A stretch of 63,331 nt of DNA, filler included, from Octopus bimaculoides (taxonomy: Eukaryota): NCBI RefSeq assembly GCF_001194135.2. It is 6 parts of 6 records of this genome, joined end to end, with 100 filler letters (N's around TTAATTAATTAA, not from the genome) between each part and the next. Parts side by side here need not be neighbours in the genome. Positions count along the whole stretch, not along the records: positions 34,463 to 49,726 come from NC_068986.1; positions 49,827 to 56,591 come from NC_069007.1; 4 more parts are not named here. One strand, 5' to 3'. Positions 38,985 through 50,330 of the stretch are shown here, one piece after another. Each line of letters begins with the position of its first letter. Position 1 is the first letter of the stretch. Below the pieces are notes generated by a model. It did no database searches and was not told the origin of the DNA. It saw nothing but the letters and a program-made list of their open reading frames with translations. Made by a program: the position numbers and the translations under genes.

Positions 38985-40413
38985 ATATTTTTTATTACTA
39001 TGATCACAGTGAGTCATTTAAATGTCTCGTTGTCTCCGGCTGATAAAAAAAAAGTTTTTTCCTAGATAGAAGGATTGATCGGTTAAGTGAAATATTTTTG
39101 ACTAAGTTATTTAGAATGTTCTCTGGGAATTTGACTTATTGATGAAGTGATATTTCCTAGGGTTTACGTCAGATGAGAGAACTTCAGCCGTTAAAGTTTG
39201 TCTCTTAGTGCTTTCCACTGTAGCTTATGATCTTGGAAGCAACGCTGTCCAGTCAAGATTAGCTAACTTTCATGTTATTGCTGTTGATAAAGCTTTATGA
39301 ATTTGTGTTCATAATTTGTCTGGCTTTTCTTATTCTTCTTGTAGAAATCTGTTCTTGCCATTGATTTCTATTTTATACATTCACAAAATAATTTGATTTA
39401 ATTTAAATGATTAAATATTTAATTCACTTAAATAATGCAGCTGCTCTTCTGTAAGTTATTAAATAACTTTGAACTCTTCAATGTTTCATTAAGAGAAGCA
39501 AAAGACCGGCAATAATTCGACAATCTTAGGTGTGACATAACCAGACCTGAAAGAATCGTTTTGATTTTTTAACACAATCTGTTCTTCATTTAATCTTGCC
39601 TTCATTTTATCAATTATGCACGCTATTAATTATTCTTGTGGCTGTCATTTAGACCTTAAACTTTCTTTAAGCTCCATTCATTTGGAAGCATCACTTTGTG
39701 TCAGTTCATTAATCTTATTTTCATGCAAACAAAAAAAAATGTTTTATAATTGTATAAAACAAGTAGTTGTACGCTTGATAAATTTGTCTGCCTTTGCGAA
39801 GCTCAATTGTCTTCCTTGAAGTGTATCTTATGATAAGACAAGTTCATTTAACATGATGATAAATAAATGCAAGACTATCATAAGTACGTTTTTTCAACAA
39901 ACGCTTCTTTTTCTTCTTTGAAGAAAGAAAAAAAAACAAAGAACTGGAAAATCCGCCAAACCGTTTTAGTAGATTTGAGAGAAACTAAATAAATCAATAA
40001 ATAGAAAATATAAATTAAAATAAAACATCGGAAACCAACGAATGAATAAAAATAATACGAAGTAAATATTACAGTTCATTTTGACTATTCCATGAAATAA
40101 TTCATTATTCTATCATTATTAGAATAATGGAAAAATAGCATAAATAACATAAATGGCATAAATCTTGGAAAATAACCATGATATCGCTCATTTCATTGAT
40201 CTCATTTATAGAATTAATATAATCAATAATTCAAACAATGTCAAATTCCTGGAAATTCTTGAATTAGTCTTGCGGCAACTCCAGATTTTCGGGCAACTAT
40301 GATAAATGAAATTTTTCTTTAAGTATTCAGTATCAAGCTGTGAATCATTTAACTTCGTTGTAACAAATGGGAAATATTTCCTGTTGCTCTCGCTTTTAAT
40401 TCTATCAAATATA

Positions 40414-40536
40414 CGCGGGGTGTATGAAAAGACTTGAGCCTCAAAAAAACAAAACATGGTACAAGACTTCTGATGAAGGTACAAAACTTCATGGCCTTTG
40501 AGCCTTGAAGGCTCAAAACTTTTCATACACACCTCG
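40414..40536. mobile_element. mariner-derived MITE, 123 bp, TA TSD
   Basis: CGCGGGGTGTATGAAAAGACTTGAGCCT pairs with AGGCTCAAAACTTTTCATACACACCTCG; TA at 40412-40413 and 40537-40538. Confidence 0.85.
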
Positions 40537-40641
40537 TACAAACAATGCTTGAGACTAACCATCTAAGTCATATTAAAAAAAATAAGTACAAATTTCCATG
40601 AAATTAATGAAGGTTCATTTATAATAATGATAATAATAATA

Positions 40642-40856
40642 ATGGTTCCAAATTTTGTCACAAGGGCAGAACGTTTGGAGGAGAGGATGAGTCGATTACA
40701 TCGACTACATTGTTCAACTGGTGCTTATTTTATCGAACCTGAAAAAAATGAAACGTAAAGTCGACATCGGCGGAATTTGAACTCCGAACGTAGTGACGGA
40801 CGAAATGCCGCTAAGCATTTTGCCTGGCGTGCTAACGATTCTGCCAGCTCACCGCT

Positions 40857-40858
<2 letters not shown>
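40642..40858 (-). mobile_element. Full-length CORE-type SINE family A embedded in (AAT)n
   Basis: Head AAAGCGGTGAGCTGGCAGAATCGTTAGCACGCC on the minus strand; B-box GAGTTCAAATTCC; (AAT)n at 40621-40641 and 40859-40990. Confidence 0.9.
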
Positions 40859-40932
<74 letters not shown>

Positions 40933-41353
40933 TGATGATGATAATAATAATAATAATGATAATAATAATAATGATAATAATAATAATATACGTAAAATAC
41001 TTTCAATATAGTGAGAATAAGAACATCACAACAAACCACAACACATACCCAAGGCACACAGAGCTGCAATTGGTAGTGCAGTGGAAGCATGTGATAAAAA
41101 TAAGACTACTGAATAACTTTTTTGTAACTAAACACTTTCAAATTTCCTTTACTGGTAGAATGTGTCATTCAAAACATCATTTACTCTTGGCGTTTAAAAA
41201 AAAAATTGTGTATTTTCGAAGTTATTTCGTGTTAAAGTTGTCGTATTTCGGTAATTTCAACCAATCAATGACGTCTATTGAGGTGAAGACAATTACTGCT
41301 GTGGTTTGTCAACAAGTCGTTCTATGTGCGGGCCAAAAGGAAAAGATCCAAAG

Positions 41354-41411
<58 letters not shown>

Positions 41412-41504
41412 TGTGCCGCTTACACTTTCATGAGAGCACACACGTTCACTCACACACACACACACATACACACACTATCTCTCTCTCACACACACATGCA
41501 CACT

Positions 41505-41640
41505 CAGTGCATCGCGGTTCACCTATCGCGCACTCATTACATCGCAGATTTTTCTGGTTAACATATGTAAATTTATATCGCGGACTCCTCAGTATATCGC
41601 GGGTTTCTGCGGCCGATAGGTGTTTATATTTTTATTAGAT
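41505..41640. mobile_element. Possible Tigger/pogo-like DNA transposon end
   Basis: Starts CAGTGC and carries four ATCGCG motifs resembling subterminal binding repeats; the other end was not found. Confidence 0.35.
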
Positions 41641-42049
41641 TTTAATTATCTCTGTAGGGGGTTTCGGAACGTAACACCCGTGATAGTCGAAGGATTACTG
41701 TATGACTGAAGTGAAAATGTCGGGTGGCTAACTGGGTACATACACATAGGTATCAATCTTTATAAGTTGGCAAGAGATTTCTAACAGTAGCCTTAGTAAC
41801 ATTCTAAAGCATACAACAGCGCACCCTATGCATACATACACATAGACACAAGAATAAAAAAGAAAGAAAGAAAGAAAGAAAGAAAAAAGAACTAAGCAAC
41901 AACAACATGGAGGAAAGAAAAAAACAACAACAATTATATCGAGTGTGATACATCGCATTGTGACGACATTTATTGATTTCTTTTGGTCTCAAAAGACATT
42001 TGCTCTCTGTTCAATCGACTTCACTGGAGAAACCCCCCAACACACTACC

Positions 42050-42140
42050 ACTACCACTACCACCACCTAAACCACCGCCCGTCAACGTTAACAACGACTC
42101 GAGACATCTGAAGGCTGTCCATCTCATGCTGCTGCTGCTG

Positions 42141-42190
<50 letters not shown>

Positions 42191-42626
42191 GCCACAGCCA
42201 CTACTACTGCTGCTGCTACTGCTGCTGCTACTACTACTACTGCTGCTGCTGCTGTTACTACTACTACTACTACTACTACCACTGCAGCCTCCACAACCCC
42301 TTTCTAAACCTGGTCATTTCCCGTCCTTACTTTCTCACCTTCCGTCCACACAACTCCTCCAAGGTAAACCGTCAGCATCATTATCGGCACCAACGCGCGA
42401 TTTCTCTCTTGTAACAACATCGTCATCACCACGGTCATCCTTAACGTCGTTGTCATCGTCCGCATCCTCCTCCTCCTCCTCCTCATCTACTTCTTTTTCT
42501 TCTTCTTCTTCTTCTTCTTCTTCTTCTTCTTCTTCTTCTTCTTCTTCTTCTCCTTCTCCTTCTCCTTCTTCTTCTTCTTCTTCTTCTTCTTCTTCTTCGT
42601 CTTCGTCGTTGTCATCGTCATCATCG

Positions 42627-42673
<47 letters not shown>

Positions 42674-42872
42674 GTTGTCATCANNNNNNNNNNCGTTGTC
42701 ATCGTCCGCATCCTCCTCCTCCTCCTCCTCCTCCTCATCTACTTCTTTTTCTTCTTCTTCTTCTTCTTCTTCTTCTTCTTCTTCTTCTTCTTCTTCTCCT
42801 TCTCCTTCTCCTTCTTCTTCTTCTTCTTCTTCTTCTTCTTCTTCGTCTTCGTCGTTGTCATCGTCATCATCG

Positions 42873-42928
<56 letters not shown>

Positions 42929-43535
42929 GTTGTCATCATCATCTTTATCGTCAAGGCTACTCTCGTCACCAAGATTATCAACATCATCAGCGTCCACTTC
43001 AAGGTAACCCCTCCATTCCTTCTCCCCTCCTTCTCCCCTCCTTCTCCTCCTCTTCCACATCATCATTATTATGACCACCATGACCACCACATAATAAGAA
43101 CAACCACGATCCTGATGATGACCATTGTCATTGCCAGCCTTATCAACCATGATTGTCAGCACATCTTCATTGACATCTTCAAGATAAGACCCCCTCCTTT
43201 TTCCCTTCCTCCTTCTCCTTCACTACCACGACGACCACCACCACCACATCATCATCATCATCATCGTCGTCGTCGTCGTCGTCGTCGTCCTCTACCTCTT
43301 TCATCTCCTCCTCATCACCATCATCATCAGCATGAATCATCGTCATCGTTCTCCTTGTCGGCGGCGTCGTCGTCATCATCATCATCATCATCATCACCAT
43401 CATCACCATCATCGATGTTCTCCTCCTCCCCCTAATCATCGTCACCATTATCATTTTCGTCGTCATCGTCGTCGGCGGCGTTGTTGTCGTCCTCCTCCTT
43501 CTCCTCATGATTATCATCAACATCGTCATGGTCAT

Positions 43536-43567
<32 letters not shown>

Positions 43568-43570
43568 ATA
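42050..43570. repeat. Large compound trinucleotide block (CTA/CTG, TCC, TTC, TCA, CAT)
   Basis: Directly visible; part is duplicated across a 10-N gap. Confidence 0.9.
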
Positions 43571-43670
43571 TACATATATATATATCCCGAGAGAGATTTA
43601 CAAGCCAATGTCTGTCACTGTCAGTTAGACGATGACAATGAAATGGATTGTGGATTGGAACGGTCTCTGC

Positions 43671-43728
<58 letters not shown>

Positions 43729-44596
43729 NNNNNNNNNNNNNNNNNNNNNNNNNNNNNNNNNNNNNNNNNNNNNNNNNNNNNNNNNNNNNNNNNNNNNNNN
43801 NNNNNNNNNNNNNNNNNNNNNNNNNNNNNNNNNNNNNNNNNNNNNNNNNNNNNNNNNNNNNNNNNNNNNNNNNNNNNNNNNNNNNNNNNNNNNNNNNNNN
43901 NNNNNNNNNNNNNNNNNNNNNNNNNNNNNNNNNNNNNNNNNNNNNNNNNNNNNNNNNNNNNNNNNNNNNNNNNNNNNNNNNNNNNNNNNNNNNNNNNNNN
44001 NNNNNNNNNNNNNNNNNNNNNNNNNNNNNNNNNNNNNNNNNNNNNNNNNNNNNNNNNNNNNNNNNNNNNNNNNNNNNNNNNNNNNNNNNNNNNNNNNNNN
44101 NNNNNNNNNNNNNNNNNNNNNNNNNNNNNNNNNNNNNNNNNNNNNNNNNNNNNNNNNNNNNNNNNNNNNNNNNNNNNNNNNNNNNNNNNNNNNNNNNNNN
44201 NNNNNNNNNNNNNNNNNNNNNNNNNNNNNNNNNNNNNNNNNNNNNNNNNNNNNNNNNNNNNNNNNNNNNNNNNNNNNNNNNNNNNNNNNNNNNNNNNNNN
44301 NNNNNNNNNNNNNNNNNNNNNNNNNNNNNNNNNNNNNNNNNNNNNNNNNNNNNNNNNNNNNNNNNNNNNNNNNNNNNNNNNNNNNNNNNNNNNNNNNNNN
44401 NNNNNNNNNNNNNNNNNNNNNNNNNNNNNNNNNNNNNNNNNNNNNNNNNNNNNNNNNNNNNNNNNNNNNNNNNNNNNNNNNNNNNNNNNNNNNNNNNNNN
44501 NNNNNNNNNNNNNNNNNNNNNNNNNNNNNNNNNNNNNNNNNNNNNNNNNNNNNNNNNNNNNNNNNNNNNNNNNNNNNNNNNNNNNNNNNNNNNNNN

Positions 44597-44665
<69 letters not shown>

Positions 44666-44979
44666 TACATCTTCATGAAAATGCAGACACTTACATGGAT
44701 GCATTAACACGAAAATAGATTCATCAAATTATCAATTATATATATTTGCATATATATTAAATATTTATACAAATTATACACCTACGCTTCATTTATTATC
44801 CTCCCGCATGTATATTATACACCTACGCTCAAGCACACATGCAATATGTAGATATTTTATGCATTGTTCCATTTAAATACACTCGTGCATACAGAAATAT
44901 ACCTACATACACGCGCACACACCCTCGTTTTGATTTATATATGTGTCTATACATGTATATATGCGTGTGTGTATGATTG

Positions 44980-45165
44980 ACCGTTGACTGAACACTATTC
45001 AATTTTTTTTCTCCGTGTTTTTCTCCTTGTCTCCATATTCTTTCTGTTGAAGAGCGTAGCTCGAAACGTCAAAGACTTTCCGTATTCCCGAGCGTCATAC
45101 TAATATATACTTTTGTTATTTACACCACCTGTCCTCGTCTGTTGTTATTATTTGTATATTCTCCC
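44980..45165 (+). mobile_element. Short hammerhead-bearing repeat, copy 3 (best preserved)
   Basis: Homologous to 4921-5108; ends TCTCCC followed by (AT)n. Confidence 0.85.
45039..45075 (+). ncRNA. Minimal type I hammerhead ribozyme fold with variant core CUGUUGA, GUC triplet
   Basis: TCTTT-CTGTTGA-A-GAGC gta GCTC-GAAA-CG-TC-AAAGA: 5-bp helix I, 4-bp helix II, palindromic ACGT at helix III. Confidence 0.7.
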
Positions 45166-45509
45166 ATATATATATATATATATATATATANNNNNNNNNN
45201 NNNNNNNNNNNNNNNNNNNNNNNNNNNNNNNNNNNNNNNNNNNNNNNNNNNNNNNNNNNNNNNNNNNNNNNNNNNNNNNNNNNNNNNNNNNNNNNNNNNN
45301 NNNNNNNNNNNNNNNNNNNNNNNNNNNNNNNNNNTATATACATACATGTATACATACATATATATATATATATATATACACACTAACACATGTATATATT
45401 TTCATATATCTATGTATATATACATATACTCACACGCACGCATATATATACATACATATATACATATACATATATATATACACACACACACATATATACA
45501 TACATGCAC

Positions 45510-45541
<32 letters not shown>

Positions 45542-45568
45542 ATGTATATCTATCTACCTACCTACCTT

Positions 45569-45622
<54 letters not shown>

Positions 45623-46260
45623 ATACATATATGTATGTAGGTATGCATGTATCTATGTATGTACATATACATGTGTGTGCGTGTATGTATGTATGTATAC
45701 ACACATGCATACAACACCTATACTTGTGGGACGGTGATTGTAGATGTGCGAGCGGCCGTGAGCTCGTATGCGAGCCTATATCTCAGCCACGTGTCTGCCA
45801 TTGAGGAAAACCTAGTAAGTTCCGTCTTGAATGAAACCTCCACGCATAACCACTGTCATGCAATAATGACGGATCTCATTTCTCTTTTGGTAGGAATTTT
45901 CTACACAATGAAAACTCATATTTCATTGTCTGTACTATAACGTTTAGCTAGAAAAGGAATAATCATCGGAAAATGTTAATTTATACTTTCCTTATTCGTA
46001 GAATATTTATCAAACGATGTGTTTCTTCTTCTGTATTTATATACTCAAAATAAAATCTTAAATTTAAATCATATGCTAAATCCCTTCATATCTAAAGACA
46101 GCACTGTTTCGATAATTTCGATTTCTTCGTCAGTCAGATGTGTTTAAGAGATTTAATTAGTCGTAATTAGATTATAAGAGAAGATGAATACTTGAAAGAG
46201 TCGACCAATAGAGGAATATTTCTGCGTCTGTCTGTCTCTCTATCTATCTATCTATCTATC

Positions 46261-46427
46261 GTTTTTTGTCTCGATCCCTTTTGATCGAACTCCCCGCCTT
46301 TTTTCTTTCCTACGATCCCTTTTGATCGACCCCCCATTTTTTCTCTCCTTCCCCCGCCCAAAAAGAAAAGCTCTACATTGTATTTGTCCCCTCTGTATAA
46401 AGCCCTGTGTGGTTAATAAAAGAAATG
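46261..46427 (+). mobile_element. 5'-truncated Tx1-like LINE 3' UTR, flanked by (TATC)n on both sides
   Basis: AAAAGCTCTACATTGTATTTGTCC...GCCCTGTGTGGTTAATAAAAG; (TATC)n at 46240-46260 and 46428-46522. Confidence 0.75.
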
Positions 46428-46457
46428 TATCTATTACCTACCTACCTACCTACCTAT

Positions 46458-46522
<65 letters not shown>

Positions 46523-46523
<1 letters not shown>

Positions 46524-46938
46524 GGTGGACGCGTTTGAAAGGTCTACAAACAAACACTTTCCTCTCTGGTCAGTCCCTCGTCAACTTTTTCAAGTACCAC
46601 TTGAAAAGGAGGATGAGGATAGAGAGGAAAGTGTTGTCGAATGAAAGTTTCAATAAAAAATGGGTAAATGTGGCAAGAATGGTAAGAATGAAAGACGACA
46701 CCATTTTAAGCATAGACTTGTAACAAAAAGAGACAAAAAGAGAGAAGGTACTTACTTTCATGTACCTTNNNNNNNNNNNNNNNNNNNNNNNNNNNNNNNN
46801 NNNNNNNNNNNNNNNNNNNNNNNNNNNNNNNNNNNNNNNNNNNNNNNNNNNNNNNNNNNNATCCCCCCCCCCAAGAAAAGCTCTACTTTGTAATTTGTCC
46901 ATTTTCTGTATTTAGCCCTGTGTGGCTATAATAAAAAG
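46523..46938 (+). mobile_element. 5'-truncated L1/Tx1-like LINE: ORF2 C-terminus and 3' UTR (gap inside)
   Basis: WWTRLKGLQTNTFLSGQSLVNFFKYHLKRRMRIERKVLSNESFNKKWVNVARM...* (stop 46721-46723) resembles Tx1 ORF2 ends; AATAAA followed by a TACC/TATC tail. Confidence 0.6.
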
Positions 46939-46960
46939 ATATCTATTACCTACCTACCTA

Positions 46961-47004
<44 letters not shown>

Positions 47005-47777
47005 TATATCTATCTATCTATCTATCTATGTGCATACATACATACATGATAGCTTTCAATTCGCTCTCTCCTTCTCATTTCCTGCTCCCTTCTCATTTCC
47101 AGGTAAAAATGTTGTGCCGTCTTTCTGAAGCTGTCACGAAGCAGGTGACATACCTCAGCACGGCGCGACTAAGTTTTCGCTTGCCCACACTTTAAAGTAT
47201 AATGTAGCACTGCGGGAAACCGGAGAATCAGATTCTCTGTTCCCCCAGAAGTGATGAAACTACGGAAGTAGCTGCATTCCATTGTCGTCTGTACGCGTGC
47301 TACCTTTACCGTTACAAGAAAAGGAATTGCATCAGTTTGTAATTTCAGTAAGTTCGTACCTTGACTTACGGTGGTGGCAATTTGGTGCGAAATACAACGA
47401 CACATCAAGATTAATGGTGACAAAAGGCTGGGGCTACTCGAGTTCCCTCCTATATAAATGAAAAAAAAATGTACTGTAAATATACAAACAAGTAAAAAAA
47501 TGTATGACCTATGCTGAGTGCACAAACGGACGGACGACAGACACAGAAGGTCCCTAATTCTTTATCAGTTATCAACCAGATGATATTGCTCAGATTCGCA
47601 CCATTAATGATAAGACTGAAATGCTTCCCATGATGGAGGTGCCCGCGAAAGTTGCGGAGAGTGTATACTCGTCTCTGGTTATCAGATCCCTGACCTGACA
47701 TACATGAGAAGACATACACCAAACATACAAATCTGCACATACATACATACATACATACATACATACATACATACATA

Positions 47778-47982
47778 CCAGGGGTTGCTCAATATTTCTT
47801 GGCTTTGGGTAAAAGAAAATACAGGAGGATCAGTTAATTAGGATTTTATTGAACATATTCCCCTCTCAGATTCGCACACTTATTGCAGCGGTCCTTCAGT
47901 TTTTCTAAGCCCTGGAAGGTTGGGCCTCTAGCCAGGCCTTTTGCGATTCTCTTAAAGCCAAGAACTTTTCAGTACCGCATCG
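47778..47982. mobile_element. mariner-derived MITE retaining the transposase C-terminus on the minus strand
   Basis: Imperfect TIRs (CCAGGGGTTGCTCAATATTTCTTGGCTTT / AAAGCCAAGAACTTTTCAGTACCGCATCG); minus strand KAWLEAQPS..GLEKLKDRCN..NLRGEYV. Confidence 0.8.
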
Positions 47983-48252
47983 AACATACATGCGTGGGTG
48001 TTTTATGCAGGTAAAGTTGAGTTCGAGACGAGATCCAGATGACGAGCAGAAAGAGGGGGTAGGCTGAAACAGAAAAAGAAAGATCAGAAGAGAATGAATG
48101 AAAGCGTGAAATGCATGAATCAACAGCCTGTTAGGATCTAGTCACTCGAAATGCTCGAAACAACAGCTAAATTTCCTTTAATCTACAATGTACTAATTTT
48201 AAGTGCGGGATTATTATACTAGATAATACGGTCTTTGATTCTCTGTCTAAAG

Positions 48253-48807
48253 AAGTGTTTCTCAACCATTTTTTAAATACCTTTGGTTCCTATTTTATTT
48301 TACTGGAACAATCAACTGCCTTTAGGTGTTTAAAAATATCTTATTATATCCCCACCCAGTCATTTGACTGCAGCCATGCTGGAGCACCGCCTTTTAGTCG
48401 AAGAAATCGACGCATGAACTTATTCTTTGTAAGCCTGGTACTTATTTTATCGGTGTACTTTGCCGAACTGCTAAGTTACGGGGTTGTAAAGACACCAACA
48501 TCGGTTGTCAAGCGATGGTGGTGGTAGTGGTGGTGGTGCGGGGGGGACAAACACAGACACACAAATATATGCATATACTGGTGGGGTAGCTGACCAGTTG
48601 CAAATTCTCTGTGTCTCCGTTCGCCATCCCTCAAGACAATTTCTAAGCGAAAAATGACCATCACAAAATATAGCAATAATCCTACAATATTTATATAATT
48701 CAATATTATTAGTAAAAAATTAAAATATTTTGTATATTGCAAAAGTATAGCAAATTTATTGTAGATAAATTTTAACAAAATCTTACGTGAAGATTTGCGA
48801 ACCGCTG
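48253..48807. mobile_element. Charlie-like hAT MITE containing a nested SINE
   Basis: Ends AAGTGTTTCTCAACC and TTGCGAACCGCTG; flanks GTCTAAAG and GTCTAGAA resemble the NTCTAGAN 8-bp TSD. Confidence 0.6.
48355..48572 (-). mobile_element. SINE family D 3' half
   Basis: CATTTGACTGCAGCCATGCTGGAGCACCGCC...GCCGAACTGCTAAGTTACGG...GGACAAACACAGAC. Confidence 0.85.
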
Positions 48808-48999
48808 GTCTAGAAGAATGTAAAAATGGGAAATGGCCACAGTTGGAAAGCTTTTGGTCATTGGTCACCACGGTCAAGAATGGCCCGGTGTTAAACTTCC
48901 AAACAACATGTGTTTGTGTACAGATCTACCAGGCGTACGTACATACATACCCTAACATATATATATATATACAAACAACATACACAGGCGCATGCGCAT

Positions 49000-49030
<31 letters not shown>

Positions 49031-49132
49031 TTCAGACACACACATACATATATCAAGAAACATATACATGCATATGCAGGCAGACAGGCATGAAAGAGAG
49101 AAAGAAAAAAAAGACAGAAAGGGTAGTGGAAG

Positions 49133-49170
<38 letters not shown>

Positions 49171-49529
49171 GGGAGAAGGAAAAACTGAAGGTGGGATTGC
49201 GAGTGAAGAGAAAAGGATATGGAAAAAGGAGTAAAAATGATTGAGAGAGAGGGAGAGAGAGAGAGGGGGGAGAAAGGGAGACATAAAGAGAATTATAGAA
49301 AGACTAAAATGTATTTACCTAGGTTTGTACGGGGGCACGTGCACACACACACACACATATACACATACACACGCGCGCGGACACACATACATTCACAGAA
49401 AAATCCCCAGGAAAAATGGAGTCGGGGTACATATAACGAAAGAGAAAGAGAAATGAGAGACACCGTTAGACAAAAAGACGGATAGATAGATTGAGCGATA
49501 CGCATGTAGGAATAAACACAGTGTGTGTG

Positions 49530-49693
49530 TGTGTGTGGTAGGTAGGTAGCTTGCTTACCAACCACATGGTTCCAGTTTTAGTCCCACTGCGTGGCACCTT
49601 GGACATGTGTCTTCTACTATAGCCTCGGGCCGACCAAAGCCTTGTGAGTGGATTTGGTAGACGGAAACTGAAAGAAGCCCGTCGTATATAATG

Positions 49694-49700
<7 letters not shown>
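49530..49700 (+). mobile_element. SINE family D 5' half (young, runs into a gap)
   Basis: GTAGCTTGCTTACCAACCACATGGTTCC...GGAAACTGAAAGAAGCCCGTCG. Confidence 0.88.
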
Positions 49701-49726
<26 letters not shown>

Positions 49727-50330
49727 NNNNNNNNNNNNNNNNNNNNNNNNNNNNNNNNNNNNNNNNNNNNTTAATTAATTAANNNNNNNNNNNNNNNNNN
49801 NNNNNNNNNNNNNNNNNNNNNNNNNNAAATATCTATATAACAGTAATTACAACATGATGTGATATTACTAAAACAAACAATAAAGAAAAAAAGATTTCCC
49901 CCCACAAACCCGACCCCCCACCTCAGTCAACACTGCCCCACCCCTCAAATTCCACTATCAGTGACCACCACCATCAACACTCTCACGCCTCCCAGTCTTC
50001 TTGGATCCTGTTGTTTTTGCGTTTATCCCTCTGGTGCAACATTGACCTGGTCACCTGTTCTCATAAATCACCAAATTTACTTCAACACATAAACTTTCAA
50101 GGAACTTCCAAAGAAGAACGTGTTGGGTCACGTGACAAAGAAGTTTGACAGTTAAAAGACATCAATCATTCGGGGAGAGAATTCCAGAAGATTCTAGAAG
50201 AGGCTGTTTAAGACAAATTCCAGTGAAATTATATAGATTTTTGAGAATGGTAAAAGGTTGCTCGAAGGAATATATTTGACTAAAAGTAATGAAGAAATTC
50301 AAAGTCTATGATGTTGTTGTTGTTGTTGAT

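Noticed and set aside
42440-42930. ~240-bp duplication within the trinucleotide block (and the short duplication at 60469-60552)
   Set aside because: Both flank 10-N gaps; same artefact class.
41973-43628. Long poly-L/S/D/E/H ORFs (also 1893-2171, 23346-24134, 54777-55570)
   Set aside because: Translations of microsatellites with no domain content or splice support.
50100-50290. LTR-like AGAATTCCAGAAGATTCTAGAAG tract
   Set aside because: No TG...CA termini, TSD or second LTR identified.
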